The notes: a model not told the origin generated them from the sequence alone. Positions 39,115 to 51,398 are shown, counted from the first letter of the whole stretch. The stretch is DNA of 63,725 nucleotides, filler included, from Folioceros fuciformis (GCA_049999805.1; 19 parts of 19 records of this genome joined end to end with filler, not necessarily neighbours in it); one strand, 5' to 3'. A program made the numbers and translations.

Positions 39115-40297
39115 GCATGTCAGTCCATGAAGGTTGTAGGGAGCTAGAAATTGTTGAACTCCACAATCATGGGTTCAGCATCTGAACCAGCTGCCTCCAT
39201 GATGTGGGATTGAACACCAATTCCCTCAAGATTAAGATTAAGGGAAATTACGTTGTGGGTGGAAACGAGTATACCTTAATTCAGAAATCTTGGATAGCCT
39301 CCGATTGACAAAAACATGTGTATGTTGTCACGGTTGCGGAATGAATTTGGGACAAGGGAAGGGCGCCCTCTATTGCCGTATGGCCTGTTTTCTGAAGATT
39401 GAGGAGCCTACCAGCCCCTGAGATGATTAGGTCAATAGTGGTTAATGTTGTTTATGAATTTAGAGACTGTCTTATGTCATCAGGTTAGGTTTGTTACTGA
39501 TCCTGAGTAGCACTATCATTGCCAAGCTACTAAACGCCATGGGTGTGTTTGTAATGTTTGCAGAGCCTTATGCCTTCACCTAGTCTCCCATGATCTCTCT
39601 TCATGTCAAGCACGGGGAAGACAAGAAGTCCATAGATCTATATCATCTGATGTGGTGGGCAAGGGTGAAGTCGAATGGGCATGTGTTTGTAGCAGCCATT
39701 TTGGTTTGTGCAAGGAGAGGAGACTTAAAGTCGAGGCAGGAGGTGCATGCTCGTGTATTGGCCGATGGGGTGCAGCATAACTTGTTCGTCTTGAACTGCT
39801 TGGTGGAGTGTGTATGGTAGATACGATAGCATTTAAGACTTAGTGAAAAGCCTATTGTGACATGGAGTCACAACATGGATACCACTCAAGAATCAAGGGT
39901 GGAACTGTAAGAAATTACTATAGTTCACTCTTAAGGAAAACGGAGGCATGATACTTGCCACGTCCACAGCATGAATCTTTGTAAAATATACTGCATAGAA
40001 TCTTTGTAAAATATACTGCATAGAGTATTAGGAAGTGATGTGCGAGGATTGCTTCATGTCAGTCCATCAGGGTTGTAGGGAGTTGGAAATTGTTGAACTC
40101 CATAATCGTGGGTTCGACATCTTTAACCAGCTAGCTGCCTCCATGATGTCCATCAGGGTTGTAGGGAGCTGGAAATTGTTGAACTCCACAATCATGGGTT
40201 CGATATCTTAACTAGCTAGCTGCCTCCATGATGAAGGACTTATCACCAACTCCCTCAAGATTAAGGGAAATTACGTAGGTGGAAAGGAATATACCTT
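39115..40297. repeat. Direct repeats (39115-39277 and 40055-40297, the latter with an internal ~87-bp tandem duplication)
   Basis: ggttgtagggagYtRgaaattgttgaactccaYaatcRtgggttc..gctgcctccatgatg occurs three times; two copies continue into ccctcaagattaag..ggaaattacg..atacctt. Confidence 0.85.
39540..39830 (+). pseudogene. PPR (PLS-type) gene fragment
   Basis: MISLHVKHGEDKKSIDLYHLM..VKSNGHVFVAAILVCARRGDLKSRQEVHARVLADGVQHNLFVLNCLVE matches P-L-S motif spacing but is short and degenerate. Confidence 0.65.
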
Positions 40298-40769
40298 GGA
40301 AGGAACTTGGTATTAGCCATATTATACTAACTTGCAAAACAAGTATACACTTTCCATGGTCAGATCACAGTACTAGGCAATCATTTGATGGAACCTATCA
40401 TTTTGATTGCCTCCTAGACATTGTAGGAGGCACATGGCCAACAACAATCGAGCTTATGATAGGCTTCCTAGGTATTGACACATACTAATGAACCAGCACC
40501 CTCGGAGTGTGTTCTTCTTAAAGAGCACATGTTTTCAACATGTTTTGCTTATATATGTCCCTTTTAAAAAATATTAACTAAAGGACTCTAATATATTGAC
40601 GACCCCCACTCATTTACGGATAGGTACTAATAAGATAGTGCTCACATATTAGTGACCCTTACCTGTCTATGCCCATGGAGATTAATAATGAGAGTTGAAG
40701 GCATAAGCTCTAACAATATTATTGGAATTAATTCCTATCATCCTTCTCTCCCAAAGATACTTGATGATG

Positions 40770-41666
40770 CTATTATGCTTGAACCCACATACAATGAAGT
40801 TAATGACGTCAATGAAAAGCCTTTTCACTTTCTTCATTGTTCTACTAGACATTATGCTCCTAGGTCAGAGTAGAAAGAACCTCCATATATTATATCCATT
40901 ATCATTACGGAGCTATTTCTTCCACCTCCTCTTGCGTTTTGAGTTTGTTGAATAATTGAACGAACTTTTTGCTTGTAAAAAAGCTATTGAAGGTCCTAAA
41001 TGTTTCTTGTGGTAGAAAGTTATTGAATCTAAATATTACTTCCTAATTTCTGATAAGACTTGGATTCTTGTAGATCTTCCTCTTGGTCACAAACCAATTG
41101 CTTGCAAAATCAATCTTCAACAATAAACTCAACACTAATAATAATGTAGGTAGCTATAAAGCTTGTCTTGTGGCAAAAGGATATAATAAAGCAATTGGGC
41201 TAGATTCCAATGAGACATTTGTCCAAGTTGTCAAGTCTACATGAAATAGGATACTCCTAGCATACTCCTAGCCCTAGCTGCTCACTATAATCTTCTAGTA
41301 CATCATATAAATGTCAAAACTACTTCTTCAATGACACCTTAGATGAGGGTATCTATATGGCTTAACTAAAAGGGTTCATCAAAAAACCTAATAAAATATG
41401 TACACTTAAAAACAATTATGGTCTTAAAAAATCTTTCCTTGAGTAGAATGAAGCATTTTATGCCTTACCTATAAGATTGGGTTTCACAATCCTAGAAGTT
41501 TGACATAGTTCATCTAGGGTAATTATCATTTTGTCTTGTTGTTCAATTTCATTTTAATATATCATGATAATACTATTTATAATCATCAAGAACATTTCAT
41601 GCATAAATTACTAAAGAGCTTTAAGATGAAGGATGCAAGATCAATGTGCATACCTATGTCTAGAGA
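40770..41666 (+). mobile_element. Highly decayed copia RT relic
   Basis: EPTYNE, WILVDLPLGHKPIACK, YKACLVAKG, INVKT.. and YGLKKS remnants with many stops and frameshifts. Confidence 0.75.
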
Positions 41667-42174
41667 NNNNNNNNNNNNNNNNNNNNNNNNNNNNNNNNNN
41701 NNNNNNNNNNTTAATTAATTAANNNNNNNNNNNNNNNNNNNNNNNNNNNNNNNNNNNNNNNNNNNNTAATTGTTTTATAGCAATTGGTCTACACCAATTT
41801 CCATATTTTCTCATGGTATCAGAGCAAGGTTTAGGTGTAGATTACACTTGTGATAATGCACATTAAAATCTGCACATTCTGATGTGCAGAACAATATATT
41901 TTGTTTATATGTTTTATTGTTGTTTTCTTTTAAAGAAACTATTTTAAAACATACTTCAAGAAATAGGTTTATAGCTTTCTTGATTTTATATTTAGAAGAT
42001 TTGCACTTCTAGTAGATTGTTCTAGTGTATCCATTGTTAGATTGCACTCTAGTAATCTGGCACTAGGCACGCTAGAACAACTGCAAGAATTGGCAAATAT
42101 TTATTTATAGAATCATTCACAAAGTTACAAATGTTTCTTGAAAAATAACAAAATACAAAAGCTTGGCCAAATGA

Positions 42175-42882
42175 ATGGCCAATTTGGTGGACGGGCAGCA
42201 ATGGTGGCCACGCCCTGCTGAGCGCATCCAACAGAGGAATGCCCACAAAGGACAACGAATTCAAGAGGGCAGGCTGACTTTTGCAGAATCACTTCACCAT
42301 CAAACCCTGGATTGGATTCTTCAAACACAAGACCAGCCTGAACAATCCCGGCTTGTGAGAGATTCCTTCAACAATCTGCTTGAGGCTATCTTCCCACAAC
42401 AGCGCCATTTGTTGCTTCATCCACCACCCAGGAATCAAATTAATCTTCCACCTATTGTAAATGGTAACCCTAGGGGTTTCCTGACAACACATACATCACC
42501 ACATGTTAGTGTGTCACAATTAAATGCAAGAATAGAAACACTTCAACAGCATGTTGACAAGCGTTTCCATAGCATTCGTCACAAGATAGCTGAAGTCAGT
42601 GTTGACTTGCAAGATTTGAAGGAACGTTTAGGACATTTGGACTTCAAGTTGCTTACCTTGCTTAAGCCCGTTTTGCTAACAAATCCTGCATTCAGAGGTG
42701 TTGCTTGCAAACGTGCTAACAAGAATTATAAGCAACACACCTTTGACGTTCCAAATTCCTGTCCTTCATGCTCTGTTTATGCATTTAACAGATGGGAGAT
42801 TAGACATCAAAGGATAGAAAATAGATTAGCAAATCAACAGGCCAATTTACCTCAAGTTGGTAGATTTGCTCACCCCTTGTAG
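42175..42882 (+). CDS. Accessory ORF upstream of gag (235 aa; coiled coil plus C..H..CxxC)
   Basis: Intact ATG-to-stop ORF between PBS and gag, with heptads LNARIETLQQHVDKRF..LQDLKERLGHL followed by ACK..H..CPSC. Confidence 0.6.
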   Translation: MANLVDGQQWWPRPAERIQQRNAHKGQRIQEGRLTFAESLHHQTLDWILQTQDQPEQSRLVRDSFNNLLEAIFPQQRHLLLHPPPRNQINLPPIVNGNPRGFLTTHTSPHVSVSQLNARIETLQQHVDKRFHSIRHKIAEVSVDLQDLKERLGHLDFKLLTLLKPVLLTNPAFRGVACKRANKNYKQHTFDVPNSCPSCSVYAFNRWEIRHQRIENRLANQQANLPQVGRFAHPL

Positions 42883-43036
42883 ATAGGGCTGCTCCTGCAG
42901 TTTATCTAAGATGCAACAGTAGCATCTTACCTCTTCCCAATCTTTCTCTTCAGTTTGTACCTTGTCTAGATAGGCTACAAAGCTGCATACAGCCATTTCT
43001 CCTAACAGTTAGGATAGAATTACTACATTCTAATAA

Positions 43037-46000
43037 ATGGTAGACACCACTACTGTAGTTGGTGATATTTTTAAGGAGAAAGATAGATTTGGGGGGACTG
43101 ACTATGACATCTGGGTCATGCGTATGAAAGGAGCCTTACAAAGTAAGAAGCTATGGAAGATAGCAACAGGAAATGAATCACTTCCAACACCTACTGCATC
43201 TTCTGAATCTTCTCCTTCTTCTGCTAAAAAAAAGATACCAAGAAGCTTGGTATACAAAGGATGAAGCTGCAATGCACCTGTTGAGAAGTGGACTAACCTC
43301 TGACATGCTGCGACAGACTTCTGGCTGCAATACATCTTTTGAGATATGGACCAGATTACATGAGCTGTACGCAGGTGTTAATACCACAAGTCAGATGATA
43401 GCCCTTCGCAACATTTAAAATTGCAAAATGAGAGAAGGGGAGACAGTTGAAAAACATGTTGGGCATTTTAGATCACTTGTTTCTAAGTTAGAAAGTGCTT
43501 CACAGGAGGCTCTATTTGATGAGCTGCTTACCTTGTATTTCATGATGTCTCTCCCTGACTCATGGTCACACTTTGTGACACCTTACAATGCTTCTCAGCT
43601 ACAGGCTTCAAAGATAGCTAAGGCTGCAGGTGTCACAATACCACAGACAACATTTTTTGAGTTAGTGGGAGCTCTTCTTCAGGAAGAAGCTACAAGAGGA
43701 CAAAACAGGCGTGCTGGCAAGCAGCAGGATCTTTACACCACAAATAAAAACAAGGGCGCGAGGCCCAACTTCAAAGGTAAACAGAATACCTTTCAAGGTG
43801 CTGGTGCCTCACGGCGAGGGACAACACAGAAGAAACCCAAGAAGTCTGGAAAATGCCACTGGTGCTAGATTCTAAGACATTGGGAAAATGAATGTCGAAA
43901 GAAGCAGGCCGGAGTACCTCGCAAGGAGGGCAACTCTACTTCTGAGACACATGTTGTGGTGAAAACGCAAGGCTCACCTTCTGCCCTTACAGTAGGGATT
44001 AGGAAGTTTGCATATCCTCTTGTTAACCCCACCTGTTTGTCTGCAAACACACAAGGTAAACCAGTCAGCGAGTGGTACCTTGATACAGGTGCAACAGTGC
44101 ACATATGCTTTGACAAAAATGCCTTTGTCACATACGAGTTAGTAGACAATCAGTTTGTTTACTTAGGTGATGACAGATCACTAGTGTCTCCAGGCAGAGG
44201 CACTGTAGAAATTCCAGTCCCTTCTGGAGTTACACTCATATTGAAAGATGTGTACTATGTTCCAGAAATGACTAGGAATCTCATCTCTGTTAGGAGACTC
44301 AACATGGATAGTAATACTTACATCCTGTTTACTCCTACAGAGTGTAGGATCATTGATGCCTTTGACCATGGTAAGATCCTAGCTTATGGGTCATCCTCAC
44401 ATGACCTCTTCCGTCTGCATACAGACAGCTATACAGCACAAACACATTTAGCTTCTAAGTCTACAGAATCTACTAGTAAGTTAGAAGACAAAGCTAAATT
44501 ATGGCATGCTCGCCTAGGTCACCCACATAGTGCTAAGTTACAGAAACTTGCACATAGTGACCTGTATGCTGATGGAAAAATTGGCACATTGCCACCCTTA
44601 CCTCTTTGTGAAGCCTGTGNNNNNNNNNNNNNNNNNNNNNNNNNNNNNNNNNNNNNNNNNNNNNNNNNNNNNNNNNNNNNNNNNNNNNNNNNNNNNNNNN
44701 NNNNNNNNNNNNNNNNNNNTACCTCTTTGTGAAGCCTGTGTTTTCTCCAAACGTCATCAAGCAACTTTTAAGAATAAAGCTCCCTACAGGGCTTCAGAAG
44801 TTCTTGAGCTGGTTCACACAGACATCTGTGGACCTCTCCCACAGCCTTCAATTGGTGGAGGCAAATATTTCCTGACATTCACAGATGACAAAACGAGGTT
44901 TGTCATTGCTTATATCCTCAAAGCCAAAAGTGAATGCTTTTCTCTCTTTAAAGGATATATGAAGTACACAGAACGCTAGACTGGCAAGCAGTTAAAAACC
45001 CTCAAATCAGATAATGGAGGTGAATTTACTTCTAGTGAATTCCAATCTTTTTGTATAGCAGAGGGAATAGGAAGGCAACTCACAGTTGTGTATACACCAC
45101 AGCAAAATGGTGTGGCAGAACACTTGAATATGACCTTGCAGGAAATGACTTCCTCTATGCTTCATCAAGCTTCTCTGCCCCTTCGCTATTGGGCTGAAGC
45201 CCTCATGACAGCAGTATACTTGCATAACAGGCTGTCTACCAATGCCCTTGTAGGACAGACCCCCTATGAAGCATTCTTTGGCAGAAAACCAGCTATCTTA
45301 CACCTTAGAACCTTTGGATGCATAGCTTATGCATTTATCCCAAATAAGAAACGTCCTAAGTTAGCTGCTAAAGCCAAGAAATATCTTATGATAGGCTACA
45401 CTGAAGGTATTAAAGCATATAAATTATATGATGTACCTGAGAACACTGTGGTTTATGCCCGCAGTGTTACTTTCGATGAACAACAAGTTTGGCAGCCAGT
45501 GGGAGCTTCTCCCACTTCTTCAGATAACTTTGATTTATCTGCTCTTCCTAACATCACTGTTTTCCCTGATTACCCTAATGAGGAGTTTGCTCCTGAAAGG
45601 GGGGAAGACAACGAGCATAGTGATAATGAGGATAATCAGCAGAAAGCTGCAGATGCTAAACTTGATTTTGCTGCTGATATTCAGGACCAACCTCCTCATG
45701 CCTTTTCGGATCCTGAACCCATTGTTCCAGCAGATGTTGACCTTGATCCTAATCCTGCTGTTCTTGTGGATAGTGATCCTGAGAATATTCCAGTTCCTAT
45801 TGAAGAGCCAGCTCCTATCCCTGTGCGTTGTTATCCTGCAAGAGACAGACGTGCACCAGATTATTATCAATCAGAAGACTTTAGGGGACCTTCCATACAT
45901 GCAGTTGATCTTGATCCTGTGGAACCTCAGACTTATGAAGAAGCCTTAAGTCGCCCTGACGCTGCTGAATGGAAGAAGGCCATTCAATTTGAATATGATT

Positions 46001-47520
46001 CTTTGATAAAAAATGGAACATGGGAGTTAACTAAACTACCTCCATGACGCAAGCCAATATCTTGCAAATGGGTGTTTAAGCTAAAGGTCAAGGCAGATGG
46101 TGCCTTTGATCGTTATAAAGCCAGGCTTGTAGCCAGAGGCTTTTCTCAAATACCGGGCCTTGACTACCTTGAAACTTATGCTCCTATTGTTAAGCTGGCC
46201 ACATTTTGCACTATCTGTGCATTGGCAGCACACAATGATTATGATTTGGACATGTTTGATGTAAAGACAGCTTTCTTACATGGAAAGCTGGATACAGAAA
46301 TTTACATGCAACAGCCACAAGGATACGAGGTGAAAGGGAAAGAAGATTATGTCTTACGTTTAATCAAGACCCTGTATGGTCTAAAACAATCAGCTCTTGA
46401 ATGGAATGTTGTCTTGGATGAAGAGCTGCGAGCATTAGGCTTTGTCAGATGTGTCTCAGATGGGAGCCTATATGTATACAAGACAAATGAAGTGGTTTGT
46501 TACCTGGCAGTATACGTTGATGACCTCATATTGGCTTGTAACAGTCCCACCTTCATCAAAGACATGAACAAGCTATTATCAACCAAATTTGAAATGACAC
46601 ACTTAGGTGCCTTACAGAGCTGTCTTGGTATTCTAATTCAGCGTGACAGAAAGAAGAGAACTATCTCATTAACACAGCCACGTTACCTTCTTAGTAGTGC
46701 GGAACAACTTGGATTGAAGGATGCTAAACCTTCTGCAACTCCTTTGCCTTGTGGACTGAAGATGAGTAAAACCATGTGTCCTGATACACAATTAGAAAAA
46801 ATGAAGATGAGTTTAGTCCCTTACAGACAAGCTGTAGGCAAACTCAGATATGCAGCTAACACCACTAGGCCAGAAGTAGCTTATGCTACTAGTGTCTTAT
46901 TACAGTATCTGGAAAACCCAGGGCAAACACACTGGACAGGTGTTAAGAGAGTTTTCAGGTATCTGAAAGGAACTCACAGCATTGGTGTAAAATACAAGCA
47001 CATACCTAGAGTGCCCTTACATCTTGATGTCTATACTGATTCAGACTATGCTAGAGATATAGACACAAGGAAATCAATTTCTGGTTATGTTGTTATGTTG
47101 GTTGGAGGACCCATTTGCTGGTCCAGCAAGAAATAGCCTACTGTAGCCCTATCTAGCATTGAAGCAGAATATTGGGTACTTACAGCTACTGCAAAGGAGA
47201 TAGCTTGGTGCAAGCTGATGTTCAAGGAACTTGGAATTCCCCTTCCAGCCTGCACCACAATCCACACAGATAACCAAGGGTCAATGAGCTTGGCACATAA
47301 TCCTGTTTTTCACTCCAGGACTAAACATGTGGAAGTTGAGTATCACTTTATACGTGACCTTATCAAGTCTGGAGATATCAGCCTTGAATATGTGCCTACG
47401 TCTGAAAATCCAGCAGACATTTTAACCAAGCCCCTAAGAAGGGAGGTACATGAAAAACACATGAGAGTACTTGGCATGGGAAGACATGAAGGCAATCCCA
47501 CTGCCATGTCTAAGCCCTAG
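43037..47520 (+). pseudogene. Copia gag-pol with several stops and a gag frameshift
   Basis: FGGTDYDIW, CHWC*ILRHWENEC, WYLDTGAT, WHARLGH, HTDICG, SDNGGEF, YKARLVARG, YVDD, YTDSDY, ADILTKPL. The N-gap at 44620-44719 is flanked by a duplicated 21-mer, so it is probably spurious. Confidence 0.95.
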
Positions 47521-47529
47521 CCTACCAGG

Positions 47530-48602
47530 CTATTCATAACCCCAATCAGGGCTATCATCATTGTCTAAATCTCCATGAAGAGATTTAAAAGAACCCCTAC
47601 TCTCTGAGGTGGTGGAATCACCAAGCTTCTCCCATGAAGAATATTCCACAGTGTCAGAGGAAAAGACTTCATTCTCCGAACGAGGAGACTGTCTCTTCTT
47701 CCTCTCCTTGTAGGAGATTCTGTCCTTAGATTCCAAGCTTTGCTCCTCCTCCAGTCGCTCTTTAGACCCTGTGAGGAGACAATGGGAGCAAAGTCAGACA
47801 AGTGATGATAATCAGCAGGGGGTTAGGAAACAATTATGCCACAAGCTACCATCAGCAAGAGGCTTACTGTAGAAGCTGATCATGTGGCCTGTACACTCCA
47901 AAAACATTTCAACCCTCACTCTCTTCATGGTGATGCTAGAAACTTGGCACTTGCACCACAGCGGGCTGCCCGACACTTCCCAAGTACCAGGTGTGATCAC
48001 CTTGGTCTCTGACATGACGTTGCTTGGAACTGGAAATCTGGGTGGAACTGGAGGACGTTGGTCAGCACCTTTGTACTCGAACTCACCTCGATTGAAGCGC
48101 CTCTGTTCCACAACAGCCCGTGAGTACACGAGCTCATGAATGCGGCTCCTGGATAGGCCGCCCATAGCCCCGGCTCTCGAAGATTCAGCAGTCCTAGCCG
48201 CCGTCCTCCCTTGTGCTGTGCCTGAACCTTTGCCCGCATCCACAGCGCCTGAAGAACGTGTTGCTGGAGTTGGTGTAATCTGGCCAGCAGTCTTCCCACC
48301 TCTAATGCTGGAAAGACGAAAGCTTGGAGGGGAGACGGAGAGTCCGGATGTCGCGATGTCGCGCCGCTGGCTCAAGCTTGCTCTGGTAGTGCCTCGCGGC
48401 CGCCCCCGCGGTCTCCTTACGCCGGTAGCTCCTCCTCCTCGTGTGTGTGTGTCTCTAGCTGCTGTGCAGGTTGATGCTCTTCCGCCCGTGCTCCGATGGC
48501 AGTTGTTCTAGCCACATGCGATGTGATGAACCTTCCTGTAGATTCCCGCTGGTATGTGCGCCGCTTGGCTGCTAGAGCATCATCAGACCCTGAAGACGCC
48601 AT
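47530..48602 (-). pseudogene. Antisense accessory ORF of copia-2 (AT-hook-like plus Cys/His cluster), disrupted by one frameshift and two stops
   Basis: ATG at 48602, frameshift reparable at (GT)6 48441-48452, RRPRGRPRG, WCKC..ECTGH..WHNC..PC*..*LCSHC, final stop at 47530-47532. Confidence 0.55.
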
Positions 48603-49047
48603 CGTTACTTTCCTCAGCCTTCGCTCAACGAGCTTTATTGCCAAAAGGCATGGGACGTAAATAGCAGCTACAAGAAGTGCGAACCTGTAGACGGTCGCCT
48701 TCACACATAGCAGCTCCACCTTGAGCCTACGCCCCAAAGTACACACAAGGATCGCGAGGTTCTCAGCTGGAGTCACAGTCTCCACAACTCTAAACGTAGT
48801 GGAGGGGAGGCAAACCGACCCCATAATGATTAACAAGTGGGAGTGATGAGAATAGGGTGTTAATACATTAGGTTTCGTTTAGTGAATGCGTTCATAGTTA
48901 CTATAAGTCTAGGTGCCCGTTCATTTGGGTTACGTCCTTTATGAANNNNNNNNNNNNNNNNNNNNNNNNNNNNNNNNNNNNNNNNNNNNTTAATTAATTA
49001 ANNNNNNNNNNNNNNNNNNNNNNNNNNNNNNNNNNNNNNNNNNNNGG

Positions 49048-49191
49048 ATCAGTGAAGTCGACGGTGGCACGCGGGTGTCCATACACAACCAGAGGAACTG
49101 TGAAGGCTCCAGCAGTGTTGCACAGATTTACGGACCAGGGTGTGTGGTACAAGGTGCAACCAAGCTGCGCGCCGTCTGGATTCAGGGTTGA
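49048..49191 (+). CDS. C-terminal fragment of a possible MiAMP1-like small Cys peptide
   Basis: ISEVDGGTRVSIHNQRNCEGSSSVAQIYGPGCVVQGATKLRAVWIQG*, whose NQxxCxG..C..IQ pattern resembles MiAMP1; 5' part lost in the gap. Confidence 0.35.
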   Translation: MSEVDGGTRVSIHNQRNCEGSSSVAQIYGPGCVVQGATKLRAVWIQG

Positions 49192-51033
49192 ACGTGGCAG
49201 CATGGTGCGTCTTCCTAAGAATGCATTATTAAGGTATTCCTATTCGTAGCTCTTCTATCCGACAGAGTTGCACTTACTTGCTCGCTTGAAGCTCCGTCCG
49301 TCGTCTTTTCTTTCTTTCTGCTTTTCTCTCGGGGCTGTTGATGTTAACCTACGCACTGTTAAGGCTGAGCCCCTTACGCTTTTGTGCAGGCACGACTCGA
49401 ATGGGCACACACCAGTCTGGTCACACATGCGTGAGATGAACACAGATGGGATTAGCAGCCAGATCAAGCATTTGGCATAGCATTAATGTGTAGGGATAAA
49501 AACAAATGTACCATCCCAAGAGGCGCTTTTTCTTAATGGATGAATACCTTTTTCTTGAAATCCCACCTCTATCTAGTATTCATTTATTTGTTCAATGAGG
49601 TGCTCGCTTGGCCATGTTGGAGGCAGCTCGCGATCCAAGTTCAGTGGGAACAATGGTGGAGGCATAGGTAACTTGATGGCTGTGAAATACTCGGAAACTC
49701 TAGCTAGTGTCTTGGCCTGCTGCAAGCGCAAGCTTGGGCTTGCAGCAGACCATATTCATGGTCTTGTGCCTCGCCTCCTAGCTGATCATGAGTTTGTTGT
49801 ACACAAGAGTATGTCCATGGTAAGTGGCTGATTGCAGCGGCCATTACGAAAGCAGTCCAGAGATAGGAGCGTCTGCAGGGCTCGGTTTGGCCGTGATCAA
49901 CCAGGTAGAGGTTCCATCGTTAAATAATCTGGCTGTTTCGCACGGCCGGGGAGGGTTGCTATTGATTATGAATCGTTTGCAAAGTGGATGTGCCCATGGC
50001 CAGCGGCGGGGCTGAATACATGATTTCGTACAAGGTTGAGCATGGTCAATCCATTCCAAGATGGCTCTGCCCATGGCCAGCTGGGCGGCTGCTTTGTGCG
50101 AGGTTGATTATAGAAACCGTTAATCCTTCTGGATATGGCTGTGCCCATGGGCCAGCAGGGGTGCTGCATTGTGCGCAAGCCTGTTGATACTGGTGAATAG
50201 GGTCCTGTCGCAATGGTTGTTTTCTAGGTCTGTCAATTGCCAGCAGCATCAGGCTACGCCGGCCTGGGTTGCTCAATGGTGCAAGCTTAAGATTGGGTCT
50301 TTGTGAATCGTTCTGCATGCGCACTTGTGACTGGCCAGGACGTACAAGCTTGCTAAGCAGTATATGAATGGTTGTCATGCGACTGATAGCGCAGCGCTGG
50401 CTGAACCAAGCATTGCTTCGCGATCGGGATCTCCAGCAGGAACAGGAACAGGAACAGCAAAGAGTGCCTCGCTGAGGCCCTGTGTGTCAAGTCAAGTCCG
50501 TGACGCGCGTAGACACAGTCTACGTTGGATGGATGTGACCCATTTGGGTTACAAGCGGGCTAACAGTAGGACAAGTAATACCACGTAACGAATACGCGCA
50601 GAATGGAATAAGAATAGGGTCTAAAATGAAAAGCGTAAAATTGGTCCCGAAAAAGATTCGGTTGAGGTGTTAATACCGTGTCTCCATATCACCGGAATGA
50701 CTTAGCCACAGTCTTCAGACGACGATTGGAAGTCCGAGTGTGTCGGTCCGTCTACCAAAAAGGACGACGGCAGCCCAAGAATGTGCTGACCAGTTTCCGC
50801 CGTAACCAGAGTCGTGAAATGTTTCCATGCCAAGGCTTTGCAAAGCCGACAGGATGCCGACAGGTGCCCACTCGGTGTCAAGTCATCGGCAGAGCACGAC
50901 CGGCAATGCCGTTCAGGCTCGTGACGTGCCATGGGCAGACTGCAGAAGCAGACCGACCCCACTTCTACCACGAATCAGTTGAAAAACGTCCACACGCCTC
51001 CTCCCTTCGCAGACCCTTCCTTCCGCTATCGCC

Positions 51034-51298
51034 CCTATAATAAGTCCGGGACCAGCAAGCTTTCCCCACAACTGCATTCCAGACTGGAAAGCTCTCTGCT
51101 TCTGTTTCTGCTTCTGCTCTCAGCTTACAAGCTTGCACAGCTCACCAGCTCCAATTGCCTTCCCTTGGTGTTTCTGTTTTCACCTTACTTGCGTGTGCTG
51201 CACAGCGCCACTCACCATTCAAATTTGGCAGTCATTCAGAGCTCGCGCGTTAGCGACCATGGCCGGCATGGCGAAGCTCGTCCTCGTCCGCAACGTTC
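51034..51298 (+). promoter_or_regulatory. Probable TATA box, 5' UTR and start of a truncated gene (ATG 51259, MAGMAKLVLVRNV)
   Basis: CCTATAATAA at ~51034, CT-rich leader, and ATG in strong ACCATGG context at the contig end. Confidence 0.4.
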
Positions 51299-51398
51299 NN
51301 NNNNNNNNNNNNNNNNNNNNNNNNNNNNNNNNNNNNNNNNNNTTAATTAATTAANNNNNNNNNNNNNNNNNNNNNNNNNNNNNNNNNNNNNNNNNNNN

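Larger units (their letters stand above)
41767..48945 (+). mobile_element. Ty1/copia LTR retrotransposon 2 with accessory ORFs
   Basis: LTR end ..TCTCA (41813), PBS TGGTATCAGAGC (41814-41825), gag-pol 43037-47520, ~1.3-kb extra 3' region, PPT AAGTGGGAG (48835-48843), 3' LTR start TGATGAG (48844). Confidence 0.95.

Noticed and set aside
45428-45949. 173-aa Leu/Ile-rich ORF inside copia-2 resembling an env or membrane protein
   Set aside because: Alternative-frame shadow of the Asp/Pro-rich integrase-RT linker.
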